From Eledone cirrhosa (Eukaryota), in contig OZ024760.1 in the NCBI GenBank assembly GCA_964016885.1, forward strand, positions 30,380,001 through 30,444,000: a stretch of 64,000 bases of DNA, in the 5' to 3' direction. The position numbers were made by a program, and so were the translations under genes. Under the pieces are notes generated by a model. That model was given only the letters and a program-made list of their open reading frames with translations. It ran no database searches and was not told the origin of the DNA. Positions 26,901 through 40,966 of the stretch are shown in pieces (the first letter of the stretch is position 1; every line of letters starts with the position of its first letter).

Positions 26901-29640
26901 TGTAATGTAATAAAATGTTTAATGTAATGTAACGTAATGTAATGTAATGTAATGTAATGTAATGTAATGTGCAATGTAATGTAATGTAATGTAATGTAAT
27001 GTGTAATGTAATGTAATGTAATGTAATGTAATGTAATGTGTAATGTGTAATGTAATTTAATGAAATGTAATGTAATGTAATGTAATGTAATGTAATGTAA
27101 TGTAATGTAACGTAATGTAATGTAATGTAATGTGTAATGTAATGTAATGTAATGTAATGTAATGTAATGTAATGTAATGTGTAATGTAATGTAATGTAAT
27201 GTAACGTAATATAACGTGTAATGTAATGTAATGTAATGTAATGTAATGTTATGTAATGTAATGTAATGTAATGTAATGTAATGTGTAATGTAATGTAATG
27301 TAATGTAATGTAATGTAATGTGTAATGTAATGTAATGTGTAATGTAATGTGTAATGTAATGTAACGTAATGTAATGTAATGTAATGTAATGTAATATGTA
27401 ATGTAATGTAATGTAATGTAATTTAATGTAATGTCTAATGTAATGTAATGTAATGTAATGTAATGTAATGTGTAATGTAATGTAATGTTAAGTAATGTAA
27501 TGTGTAATGTAATGCAATGTAATATAATGTAATGTGTCATGTAGTGTAACGTAATGTAATGTAATGTAATGTAATATGTAATGTAATGTAATGTGTAATG
27601 TAATGTAATGTAATGTAATGTGTAATGTAATGTAATGTAATGTAATGTAATGTAATGTAATGTGTAATGTAATGTAATGTAATGTAATGTGTAATGTAAT
27701 GTAATGTGTAACGTAACGTAATGTAATGTAATGTAATGTAATGTAATGTAATGTAATGTAATGTAATGTAATGTAATGTGTAATGTAATGTAATGTAATG
27801 TAATGTAATGTGTAATGTAATGTAATGTAATCTAATGTAATGTGTAATGTAATGTAATGTAATGTAATGTAATGTAATGTAATGTAATGTAATGTAATGT
27901 AATGTGTAACGTAATGTAATGTAATGTAATGTAATGTAATGTAATGTAATGTAATGTGTAATGTAATGTAATGTAATGTAATGTAATGTAAAGTAATGTA
28001 ATGAAATGTAATGTGTAATGTGTAATGCAATGCAATGTAATGTAATGTAATGTAATGTAATGTAATGTAATGTAATGTAATGTAATGTAATGTAATGTAA
28101 TGTAATGTAATGTAATGTAATGTAATGTGTAATGTAATGTAATGTAATGTAATGTAATGTAATGTAATGCAATGTAATGTAATGTAATGTAATGTAATGT
28201 AATGTAATGTAATGTAATGTGTAATGTGTAATGTAATGTAATGTAATGTGTATTGTAATGTAATGTAATGTGTAATGTAATGTAATGTAATGTGTAATGT
28301 AATGTAATGTGTAATGTAATGTAATGTGTAATGTAATGTAATGTTATGTAATGTAATGTATAATGTAATGTAATGTAATGTAATGTGTAATGTAATGTAA
28401 TGTTATGTAATGTAATGTATAATGTAATGTAATGTAATGTAATATGTAATGTAATGTAATGTGTAATGTAGTGTAATGTAATGTAATGTAATATGTAATG
28501 TAATGTAATGTAATGTGTAATGTAATGTAATGTAATGTGATGTAACGTGCAATGTAATGTAATGTAATGTAATGTGTAATGTAATGTAATGTAATGTAAT
28601 GTAATGCAATGTAATGTAATGTAATGTAATGTAATGTAATGTAATGTAATGTAATGTAATGTAATGTAATGTAATGTGTAATGTAATGTAATGTAATATA
28701 ATGTAATGTAATGTAATGTAATGTGTAATGTAATGTAATGTAATGTAATGCGCAATGTAATGTGATGTAATGTAATGTGTAATGTAAAGTAATGTATAAT
28801 GTAATGTAATGTAATGTAATGTAATGTGTAATGTAATGTAATGTAATGTAATGTGTAATGTAATGTAATGTAATGTGTAATGTAATGTAATGTAATGTAA
28901 TGTGTAATGTAATGTAATGTAATGTAATGTAATGTAATGTAATGTGTAATGTAATGCAATGTAATGTAATGTAATGCAATGTAATGTAATGTAATGTAAT
29001 GTAATGTAATGAAATGTGATGTGTAATGTGTAATGCAATGTAATGTAACGTAATGTAATGTAATGTAATGTAATGTAATGTAATGTAATGTAATGTAATG
29101 TAATGTAATGTAATGTAATGTAATGTAATGTAATGTAATGTAATGTAATGTAATGTAATGTAATGTGTAATGTAATGTAATGTAATGTAATGTGTAATGT
29201 AATGTAATGTAATGTAATGTAATGTGTAATGTAATGTAATGTAATGTAATGTAATGTGTAATGTAATGTAATGTAATGTAATGTGTAATGTAATGTAATG
29301 TAATGTAATGTGTAATGTAATGTAATGTAATGTAATGTAATGTGTAATGTAATGTAATGTGTAATGTAATGTAATGTATAATGTAATGTAATGTAATGTA
29401 ATGTGTAATGTAATGTAATGTAATGTGTAATGTATTGTAATGTAATGTGCAATGTAATGTAATGTAATGTAATGTATAATGTAATGTAATGTAATGTGTA
29501 ATGTAATGTAATGTAATGTAATGTAATGTGTAATGTAACGTAATGTAATGTAATGTGTAATGTAATGTAATGTAATGTAATGTGTAATGTAATGTAATGT
29601 AATGTAATGTGTAATGTAATGTATTGTAATGTAATGTAAT

Positions 29641-29828
29641 TGTTTCTAATTTAGGCACAAGGTCAGCAATTACCCTGTGCATTACTGGTACTTTATTTTA
29701 TCGACCGCGTAAGGATGAAAAGCAAAGTCAACCTCGGTGGGATTTGAACTCAGATCGTAAAGGGACGTAACTATGCTGGAAAGCATGGCGTCCGTCCCTC
29801 TACCGATACTGCCAATCCACCGCCGTTT
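29641..29828 (-). mobile_element. tRNA-derived SINE copy 10 (H4)
   Basis: Markers GTACTTT, GACCGCG, TCCGTCCC. Confidence 0.85.
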
Positions 29829-32800
29829 GTAATGTAATGTAATGTAATGCAATGTAATGTAACGTAATGTAATGTAATGTAATGTAATGTAATGTAATGT
29901 AATGTGTAATGTAATGTGATGTAATGTAATGTAATGTAATGTAACGTAATGTAATGTAATGTAATGTAATGTAATGTAATGTAGTGAAAATGTAATGTAA
30001 TGTGTAATGTAATGTGTAACGTAATGTAATGTAATGTAATGTAATGTAATGTAATGTAATGTAATGTAATGTAATGTAATGTAATGTGTAATGTAATGTA
30101 ATGTAATGTAATGTTTAATGTAATGTAACGTAATGTAATGTAATGTAATGTTTAATGTAATGTAATGTAATGTAACGTGCAATGTAATGTAATGTAATGT
30201 AATGTGTAATGTAAAGTAATGTATAATGTAATGTAATGTAATGTAATGTGTAATGTAATGTAATGTAATGTAAAGTAATGTAATGTAATGTAATGTAATG
30301 TAATGTGTAATGTAATGTAATGTAAAGTAATGTAATGTGTAATGTAACGTAATGTAATGTAATGTAATGTGTAATGTAATATAATGTAATGTAATGTAAT
30401 GTGTAATGTAATGTAATGTGTAATGTAATGTAATGTAATATAATGTAATATAATGTAATGTATAATGTAATGTAATGTAATGTAATGCAATGTGTAATGT
30501 AATGTAATGTAATGTAATGTAATGTAATGTAATGTGTAATGTAATGTAATGTAATGTGTAATGTAATGTAATGTAAAGTGTAATGTAATGTAGTGTAATG
30601 TAATGTAACTTAATGTAATGTCATGTGTAATGTAATGTAATGTAATGTAACGTGTAATGTAATGTAATGTAATGTGTAATGTAATGTAATGTAATAAAAT
30701 GTTTAATGTAATGTAACGTAATGTAATGTAATGTAATGTAATGTAATGTAATGTGCAATGTAATGTAATGTAATGTAATGTAATGTGTAATGTAATGTAA
30801 TGTAATGTAATGTAATGTAATGTGTAATGTGTAATGTAATTTAATGAAATGTAATGTAATGTAATGTAATGTAATGTAATGTAATGTAATGTAACGTAAT
30901 GTAATGTAATGTAATGTGTAATGTAATGTAATGTAATGTAATGTAATGTAATGTAATGTAATGTGTAATGTAATGTAATGTAATGTAACGTAATATAACG
31001 TGTAATGTAATGTAATGTAATGTAATGTAATGTTATGTAATGTAATGTAATGTAATGTAATGTAATGTGTAATGTAATGTAATGTAATGTAATGTAATGT
31101 AATGTGTAATGTAATGTAATGTGTAATGTAATGTGTAATGTAATGTAACGTAATGTAATGTAATGTAATGTAATGTAATATGTAATGTAATATAATGTAA
31201 TGTAATTTAATGTAATGTCTAATGTAATGTAATGTAATGTAATGTAATGTAATGTGTAATGTAATGTAATGTTAAGTAATGTAATGTGTAATGTAATGCA
31301 ATGTAATATAATGTAATGTGTCATGTAGTGTAACGTAATGTAATGTAATGTAATGTAATATGTAATGTAATGTAATGTGTAATGTAATGTAATGTAATGT
31401 AATGTGTAATGTAATGTAATGTAATGTAATGTAATGTAATGTAATGTGTAATGTAATGTAATGTAATGTAATGTGTAATGTAATGTAATGTGTAACGTAA
31501 CGTAATGTAATGTAATGTAATGTAATGTAATGTAATGTAATGTAATGTAATGTAATGTAATGTGTAATGTAATGTAATGTAATGTAATGTAATGTGTAAT
31601 GTAATGTAATGTAATCTAATGTAATGTGTAATGTAATGTAATGTAATGTAATGTAATGTAATATAATGTAATGTAATGTAATGTAATGTGTAACGTAATG
31701 TAATGTAATGTAATGTAATGTAATGTAATGTAATGTAATGTGTAATGTAATGTAATGTAATGTAATGTAATGTAAAGTAATGTAATGAAATGTAATGTGT
31801 AATGTGTAATGCAATGCAATGTAATGTAATGTAATGTAATGTAATGTAATGTAATGTAATGTAATGTAATGTAATGTAATGTAATGTAATGTAATGTAAT
31901 GTAATGTAATGTAATATGTAATGTAATGTAATGTAATGTAATGTAATGTAATGTAATGCAATGTAATGTAATGTAATGTAATGTAATGTAATGTAATGTA
32001 ATGTAATGTGTAATGTGTAATGTAATGTAATGTAATGTAATGTGTATTGTAATGTAATGTAATGTGTAATGTAATGTAATGTAATGTGTAATGTAATGTA
32101 ATGTGTAATGTAATGTAATGTGTAATGTAATGTAATGTTATGTAATGTAATATATAATGTAATGTAATGTAATGTAATGTGTAATGTAATGTAATGTTAT
32201 GTAATGTAATGTATAATGTAATGTAATGTAATGTAATATGTAATGTAATGTAATGTGTAATGTAGTGTAATGTAATGTAATGTAATATGTAATGTAATGT
32301 AATGTAATGTAATGTGTAATGTAATGTAATGTAATGTGATGTAACGTGCAATGTAATGTAATGTAATGTAATGTGTAATGTAATGTAATGTAATGTAATG
32401 TAATGTAATGCAATGTAATGTAATGTAATGTAATGTAATGTAATGTAATGTAATGTAATGTAATGTAATGTAATGTAATGTAATGTAATGTGTAATGTAA
32501 TGTAATGTAATATAATGTAATGTAATGTAATGTAATGTGTAATGTAATGTAATGTAATGTAATGTGCAATGTAATGTGATGTAATGTAATGTGTAATGTA
32601 AAGTAATGTATAATGTAATGTAATGTAATGTAATGTAATGTAATGTGTAATGTAATGTAATGTAATGTAATGTGTAATGTAATGTAATGTAATGTGTAAT
32701 GTAATGTAATGTAATGTAATGTGTAATGTAATGTAATGTAATGTAATGTAATGTAATGTAATGTAATGTAATGTGTAATGTAATGCAATGTAATGTAATG

Positions 32801-33454
32801 TAATGCAATGTAATGTAATGTAATGTAATGTAATGTAATGAAATGTGATGTGTAATGTGTAATGCAATGTAATGTAACGTAATGTAATGTAATGTAATGT
32901 AATGTAATGTAATGTAATGTAATGTAATGTAATGTAATGTAATGTAATGTAATGTAATGTAATGTGTAATGTAATGTAATGTAATGTAATGTGTAATGTA
33001 ATGTAATGTAATGTAATGTAATGTGTAATGTAATGTAATGTAATGTAATGTAATGTAATGTGTAATGTAATGTAATGTAATGTAATGTAATGTAATGTGT
33101 AATGTAATGTAATGTAATGTAATGTGTAATGTAATGTAATGTAATGTAATGTAATGTGTAATGTAATGTAATGTGTAATGTAATGTAATGTATAATGTAA
33201 TGTAATGTAATGTAATGTGTAATGTAATGTAATGTAATGTGTAATGTATTGTAATGTAATGTGCAATGTAATGTAATGTAATGTAATGTATAATGTAATG
33301 TAATGTAATGTGTAATGTAATGTAATGTAATGTAATGTAATGTGTAATGTAACGTAATGTAATGTAATGTGTAATGTAATGTAATGTAATGTAATGTGTA
33401 ATGTAATGTAATGTAATGTAATGTGTAATGTAATGTATTGTAATGTAATGTAAT

Positions 33455-33642
33455 TGTTTCTAATTTAGGCACAAGGTCAGCAATTACCCTGTGCATTACT
33501 GGTACTTTATTTTATCGACCGCGTAAGGATGAAAAGCAAAGTCAACCTCGGTGGGATTTGAACTCAGATCGTAAAGGGACGTAACTATGCTGGAAAGCAT
33601 GGCGTCCGTCCCTCTACCGATACTGCCAATCCACCGCCGTTT
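33455..33642 (-). mobile_element. tRNA-derived SINE copy 11 (H4)
   Basis: Reads identical to copy 10. Confidence 0.85.
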
Positions 33643-36600
33643 GTAATGTAATGTAATGTAATGCAATGTAATGTAACGTAATGTAATGTAATGTAATGTA
33701 ATGTAATGTAATGTAATGTGTAATGTAATGTGATGTAATGTAATGTAATGTAATGTAACGTAATGTAATGTAATGTAATGTAATGTAATGTAATGTAGTG
33801 AAAATGTAATGTAATGTGTAATGTAATGTGTAACGTAATGTAATGTGTAATGTAATGTAATGTAATGTAATGTAATGTAATGTAATGTAATGTAATGTGT
33901 AATGTAATGTAATGTAATGTAATGTTTAATGTAATGTAACGTAATGTAATGTAATGTAATGTTTAATGTAATGTAATGTAATGTAACGTGCAATGTAATG
34001 TAATGTAATGTAATGTGTAATGTAAAGTAATGTATAATGTAATGTAATGTAATGTAATGTGTAATGTAATGTAATGTAATGTAAAGTAATGTAATGTAAT
34101 GTAATGTAATGTAATGTGTAATGTAATGTAATGTAAAGTAATGTAATGTGTAATGTAACGTAATGTAATGTAATGTAATGTGTAATGTAATATAATGTAA
34201 TGTAATGTAATGTGTAATGTAATGTAATGTGTAATGTAATGTAATGTAATGTAATGTAATGTAATGTAATGTGTAATGTAATGTAATGTAATGTAATGTG
34301 TAATGTAATGTAATGTAATGTAATGTAATGTGTAATGTAATGTAATGTGTAATGTAATGTAATGTAATGTAATGTAATGTAATGTAATGTAATGTGTAAT
34401 GTAATGTAATGTAATGTGTAATGTAATGTAATGTAATGTAATGTAATGTAATGAAATGTAATGTGTAATGTGTAATGCAATGTAATGTAACGTAATGTAA
34501 TGTAATGTAATGTAATTTAATGTAATGTAATGTAATGTAATGTAATGTAATGTGTAATGTAAAGTAATGTGTAATGTAATGTAATGTAATGTAATGTGTA
34601 ATGTAATGTAATGTAATGTAATGTAATGTAATGTGTAATGTAATGTAATGTAATGTAATGTGTAATGTAACGTAATGTAATGTAATGTAATGTGTAATGT
34701 AATGTAATGTGTAATATAATGTAATGTAATGTAATGTAATGTGTAATGTAATGTAATGTAATGTAATGTGTAATGTAATGTAATGTAATGTAATGTAATG
34801 TAATGAAATGTAATGTGTAATGTGTAATGCAATGTAATGTAACGTAATGTAATGTAATGTAATGTAATGTAATGTAATGTAATGTAATGTAATGTAATGT
34901 AATGTAATGTAATGTAATGTAATGTAATGTAATGTAATGTAATGTAATGTAATGTAATGTGTAATGTAATGTGATGTAATGTAATGTAGTGTAATGTAAT
35001 GCAATGTAATGTAATGTAATATAATGTAATGTAATGTAATGTAATGTAATGTAATGTAATGTAATGTAATGTGTAATGTAACGTAATGTAATGTGTAATG
35101 TAATATAATGTAATGTAATATGTAATGTAATGTAATGTTTAATGTAATGTAATGTAATATAATGTAATATAATGTAATGTATAATGTAATGGAATGTAAT
35201 GTAATGTAATGTAATGCAATGTGTAATGTAATGTAATGTAATATAATGTTTAATGTAATGTAACGTAATGTAATGTAATGTAATGTGTAATGTAATGTAA
35301 TGTAATGTAATGTAATGTAATGTAATGTAATGTGTAATGTAATGTAATGTAATGTGTAATGTAATGTAACGTAATGTAATGTGTAATGTGTAATGTAATT
35401 TAATGTAAAGTAATGTAAGGTAATGTAATGTAATGTAACGTAATGTAATGTAATGTAATGTAATGTAATATGTAATGTAATGTAATGTAATGTAATTTAA
35501 TGTAATGTCTAATGTAATGTAATGTAATGTAATGTAATGTAATGTGTAATGTAATGTAATGTTAAGTAATGTAATGTGTAATGTAATGCAATGTAATATA
35601 ATGTAATGTGTCATGTAGTGTAACGTAATGTAATGTAATGTAATGTAATATGTAATGTAATGTAATGTGTAATGTAATGTAATGTAATGTAATGTGTAAT
35701 GTAATGTAATGTAATGTAATGTAATGTAATGTAATGTGTAATGTAATGTAATGTAATGTAATGTGTAATGTAATGTAATGTGTAACGTAACGTAATGTAA
35801 TGTAATGTAATGTAATGTAATGTAATGTAATGTAATGTAATGTAATGTAATGTGTAATGTAATGTAATGTAATGTAATGTAATGTGTAATGTAATGTAAT
35901 GTAATCTAATGTAATGTGTAATGTAATGTAATGTAATGTAATGTAATGTAATATAATGTAATGTAATGTAATGTAATGTGTAACGTAATGTAATGTAATG
36001 TAATGTAATGTAATGTAATGTAATGTAATGTGTAATGTAATGTAATGTAATGTAATGTAATGTAAAGTAATGTAATGAAATGTAATGTGTAATGTGTAAT
36101 GCAATGCAATGTAATGTAATGTAATGTAATGTAATGTAATGTAATGTAATGTAATGTAATGTAATGTAATGTAATGTAATGTAATGTAATGTAATGTAAT
36201 GTAATATGTAATGTAATGTAATGTAATGTAATGTAATGTAATGTAATGCAATGTAATGTAATGTAATGTAATGTAATGTAATGTAATGTAATGTAATGTG
36301 TAATGTGTAATGTAATGTAATGTAATGTAATGTGTATTGTAATGTAATGTAATGTGTAATGTAATGTAATGTAATGTGTAATGTAATGTAATGTGTAATG
36401 TAATGTAATGTGTAATGTAATGTAATGTTATGTAATGTAATATATAATGTAATGTAATGTAATGTAATGTGTAATGTAATGTAATGTTATGTAATGTAAT
36501 GTATAATGTAATGTAATGTAATGTAATATGTAATGTAATGTAATGTGTAATGTAGTGTAATGTAATGTAATGTAATATGTAATGTAATGTAATGTAATGT

Positions 36601-37739
36601 AATGTGTAATGTAATGTAATGTAATGTGATGTAACGTGCAATGTAATGTAATGTAATGTAATGTGTAATGTAATGTAATGTAATGTAATGTAATGTAATG
36701 CAATGTAATGTAATGTAATGTAATGTAATGTAATGTAATGTAATGTAATGTAATGTAATGTAATGTAATGTAATGTAATGTGTAATGTAATGTAATGTAA
36801 TATAATGTAATGTAATGTAATGTAATGTGTAATGTAATGTAATGTAATGTAATGTGCAATGTAATGTGATGTAATGTAATGTGTAATGTAAAGTAATGTA
36901 TAATGTAATGTAATGTAATGTAATGTAATGTAATGTGTAATGTAATGTAATGTAATGTAATGTGTAATGTAATGTAATGTAATGTGTAATGTAATGTAAT
37001 GTAATGTAATGTGTAATGTAATGTAATGTAATGTAATGTAATGTAATGTAATGTAATGTAATGTGTAATGTAATGCAATGTAATGTAATGTAATGCAATG
37101 TAATGTAATGTAATGTAATGTAATGTAATGAAATGTGATGTGTAATGTGTAATGCAATGTAATGTAACGTAATGTAATGTAATGTAATGTAATGTAATGT
37201 AATGTAATGTAATGTAATGTAATGTAATGTAATGTAATGTAATGTAATGTGTAATGTAATGTAATGTAATGTAATGTGTAATGTAATGTAATGTAATGTA
37301 ATGTAATGTGTAATGTAATGTAATGTAATGTAATGTAATGTAATGTGTAATGTAATGTAATGTAATGTAATGTAATGTAATGTGTAATGTAATGTAATGT
37401 AATGTAATGTGTAATGTAATGTAATGTAATGTAATGTAATGTGTAATGTAATGTAATGTGTAATGTAATGTAATGTATAATGTAATGTAATGTAATGTAA
37501 TGTGTAATGTAATGTAATGTAATGTGTAATGTATTGTAATGTAATGTGCAATGTAATGTAATGTAATGTAATGTATAATGTAATGTAATGTAATGTGTAA
37601 TGTAATGTAATGTAATGTAATGTAATGTGTAATGTAACGTAATGTAATGTAATGTGTAATGTAATGTAATGTAATGTAATGTGTAATGTAATGTAATGTA
37701 ATGTAATGTGTAATGTAATGTATTGTAATGTAATGTAAT

Positions 37740-37927
37740 TGTTTCTAATTTAGGCACAAGGTCAGCAATTACCCTGTGCATTACTGGTACTTTATTTTAT
37801 CGACCGCGTAAGGATGAAAAGCAAAGTCAACCTCGGTGGGATTTGAACTCAGATCGTAAAGGGACGTAACTATGCTGGAAAGCATGGCGTCCGTCCCTCT
37901 ACCGATACTGCCAATCCACCGCCGTTT
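37740..37927 (-). mobile_element. tRNA-derived SINE copy 12 (H4)
   Basis: Reads identical to copy 10. Confidence 0.85.
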
Positions 37928-40778
37928 GTAATGTAATGTAATGTAATGCAATGTAATGTAACGTAATGTAATGTAATGTAATGTAATGTAATGTAATGTA
38001 ATGTGTAATGTAATGTGATGTAATGTAATGTAATGTAATGTAACGTAATGTAATGTAATGTAATGTAATGTAATGTAATGTAGTGAAAATGTAATGTAAT
38101 GTGTAATGTAATGTGTAACGTAATGTAATGTGTAATGTAATGTAATGTAATGTAATGTAATGTAATGTAATGTAATGTAATGTGTAATGTAATGTAATGT
38201 AATGTAATGTTTAATGTAATGTAACGTAATGTAATGTAATGTAATGTTTAATGTAATGTAATGTAATGTAACGTGCAATGTAATGTAATGTAATGTAATG
38301 TGTAATGTAAAGTAATGTATAATGTAATGTAATGTAATGTAATGTGTAATGTAATGTAATGTAATGTAAAGTAATGTAATGTAATGTAATGTAATGTAAT
38401 GTGTAATGTAATGTAATGTAAAGTAATGTAATGTGTAATGTAACGTAATGTAATGTAATGTAATGTGTAATGTAATATAATGTAATGTAATGTAATGTGT
38501 AATGTAATGTAATGTGTAATGTAATGTAATGTAATGTAATGTAATGTAATGTAATGTGTAATGTAATGTAATGTAATGTAATGTGTAATGTAATGTAATG
38601 TAATGTAATGTAATGTGTAATGTAATGTAATGTGTAATGTAATGTAATGTAATGTAATGTAATGTAATGTAATGTAATGTGTAATGTAATGTAATGTAAT
38701 GTGTAATGTAATGTAATGTAATGTAATGTAATGTAATGAAATGTAATGTGTAATGTGTAATGCAATGTAATGTAACGTAATGTAATGTAATGTAATGTAA
38801 TTTAATGTAATGTAATGTAATGTAATGTAATGTAATGTGTAATGTAAAGTAATGTGTAATGTAATGTAATGTAATGTAATGTGTAATGTAATGTAATGTA
38901 ATGTAATGTAATGTAATGTGTAATGTAATGTAATGTAATGTAATGTGTAATGTAACGTAATGTAATGTAATGTAATGTGTAATGTAATGTAATGTGTAAT
39001 ATAATGTAATGTAATGTAATGTAATGTGTAATGTAATGTAATGTAATGTAATGTGTAATGTAATGTAATGTAATGTAATGTAATGTAATGAAATGTAATG
39101 TGTAATGTGTAATGCAATGTAATGTAACGTAATGTAATGTAATGTAATGTAATGTAATGTAATGTAATGTAATGTAATGTAATGTAATGTAATGTAATGT
39201 AATGTAATGTAATGTAATGTAATGTAATGTAATGTAATGTAATGTAATGTAATGTAATGTAATGTGTAATGTAATGTGATGTAATGTAATGTAGTGTAAT
39301 GTAATGCAATGTAATGTAATGTAATATAATGTAATGTAATGTAATGTAATGTAATGTAATGTAATGTAATGTAATGTGTAATGTAACGTAATGTAATGTG
39401 TAATGTAATATAATGTAATGTAATATGTAATGTAATGTAATGTTTAATGTAATGTAATGTAATATAATGTAATATAATGTAATGTATAATGTAATGGAAT
39501 GTAATGTAATGTAATGTAATGCAATGTGTAATGTAATGTAATGTAATATAATGTTTAATGTAATGTAACGTAATGTAATGTAATGTAATGTGTAATGTAA
39601 TGTAATGTAATGTAATGTAATGTAATGTAATGTAATGTGTAATGTAATGTAATGTAATGTGTAATGTAATGTAACGTAATGTAATGTGTAATGTGTAATG
39701 TAATTTAATGTAAAGTAATGTAAGGTAATGTAATGTAATGTAATGTAACGTAATGTAATGTAATGTAATGTAATGTAATGTAATGTAATGTAATGTAATG
39801 TAATGTAATGTAATGTAATGTAATGTAATGTGTAATGTAATGTAATGTAATGTAATGTAATGTAATGTGTAATGTAATGTAATGTGTAATGTAATGTAAT
39901 GTAATGTAATATAATGTAATATAATGTAATGTATAATGTAATGTAATGTAATGCAATGTGTAAGGTAATGTAATGTAATGTAATGTAATGTAATGTAAGG
40001 TAATGTGTAATGTGTAATGTAATGTAATGTAAAGTAATGTAATGTGTAGTGTAATGTAATTTAATGTAATGTAGCGTAATGTGTAATGTAGTGTAATGTA
40101 ATATAATGTTTAATGTAAAGTAACGTAATGTAATGTAATGTAATGTGTAATGTAATGTAATGTAATGTGTAATGTAATGTAATGTAATGTAATGTAATGT
40201 AATGTGTAATGTGTAATGTAATGTAATGTAATGTAATGTAATGTTATGTAATGTAATGTAGTGTAATGTAATGTAATGCAACGTAATATAATGTAATGTA
40301 ATGTAATGTAATGTGTAATGTAATGTAATGTAATGTGTAATGTAATGTAATGTAATGTGTAATGTAATGTAATGTAATGTGTAATGTAATGTAATGTAAT
40401 GTGTAATGTAATGTAATGTATAATGTAATGTAATGTTATGTAATGTAATGTATAATGTAATGTAATGTAATGTAATGTAATGTGTAATGTAATGTAATGT
40501 AGTGTAATGTATAATGTAATGTAATGTGTAATGTAATGTAATGTAATGTGTAATGTAATGTAATGTAATGTAATGTAATGTGCAATGTAATGTAATGTAA
40601 TGTAATGTGTAATGTAATGTAATGTATAATGTAATGTAATGTAATGTACTGTGTAATGTAATGTAATGTAATGTAATGTGTAATGTAATGTAATGTAATG
40701 TAATGTAATGTAATGTAATGTGTAATGTAATGTAATGTAATGTAATGTGTAATGTAATGTATCGTAATGTAATGTAAT

Positions 40779-40966
40779 TGTTTCTAATTTAGGCACAAGG
40801 TCAGCAATTACCCTGTGCATTACTGGTACTTTATTTTATCGACCCCGTAAGGATGAAAAGCAAAGTCAACCTCGGTGGGATTTGAACTCAGATCGTAAAG
40901 GGACGTAACTATGCTGGAAAGCATGGCGTCCGAACCTCTACCGATACTGCCAATCCACCGCCGTTT
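40779..40966 (-). mobile_element. tRNA-derived SINE copy 13 (H5 plus private SNP)
   Basis: Markers GTACTTT, GACCCCG, flanks GTATCG and TTTGTGAT, private CGAACCTC. Confidence 0.85.

Larger units (their letters stand above)
31140..39725. repeat. ~4.29-kb near-perfect higher-order tandem duplication containing SINE copies 11 and 12 (ends approximate)
   Basis: GTCT 31217/35507 (4290), SINE 33455/37740 (4285), GGAAT 35191/39496 (4305). The ORF-track peptides at 31616..31819 and 35906..36109 are identical. Confidence 0.85.
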
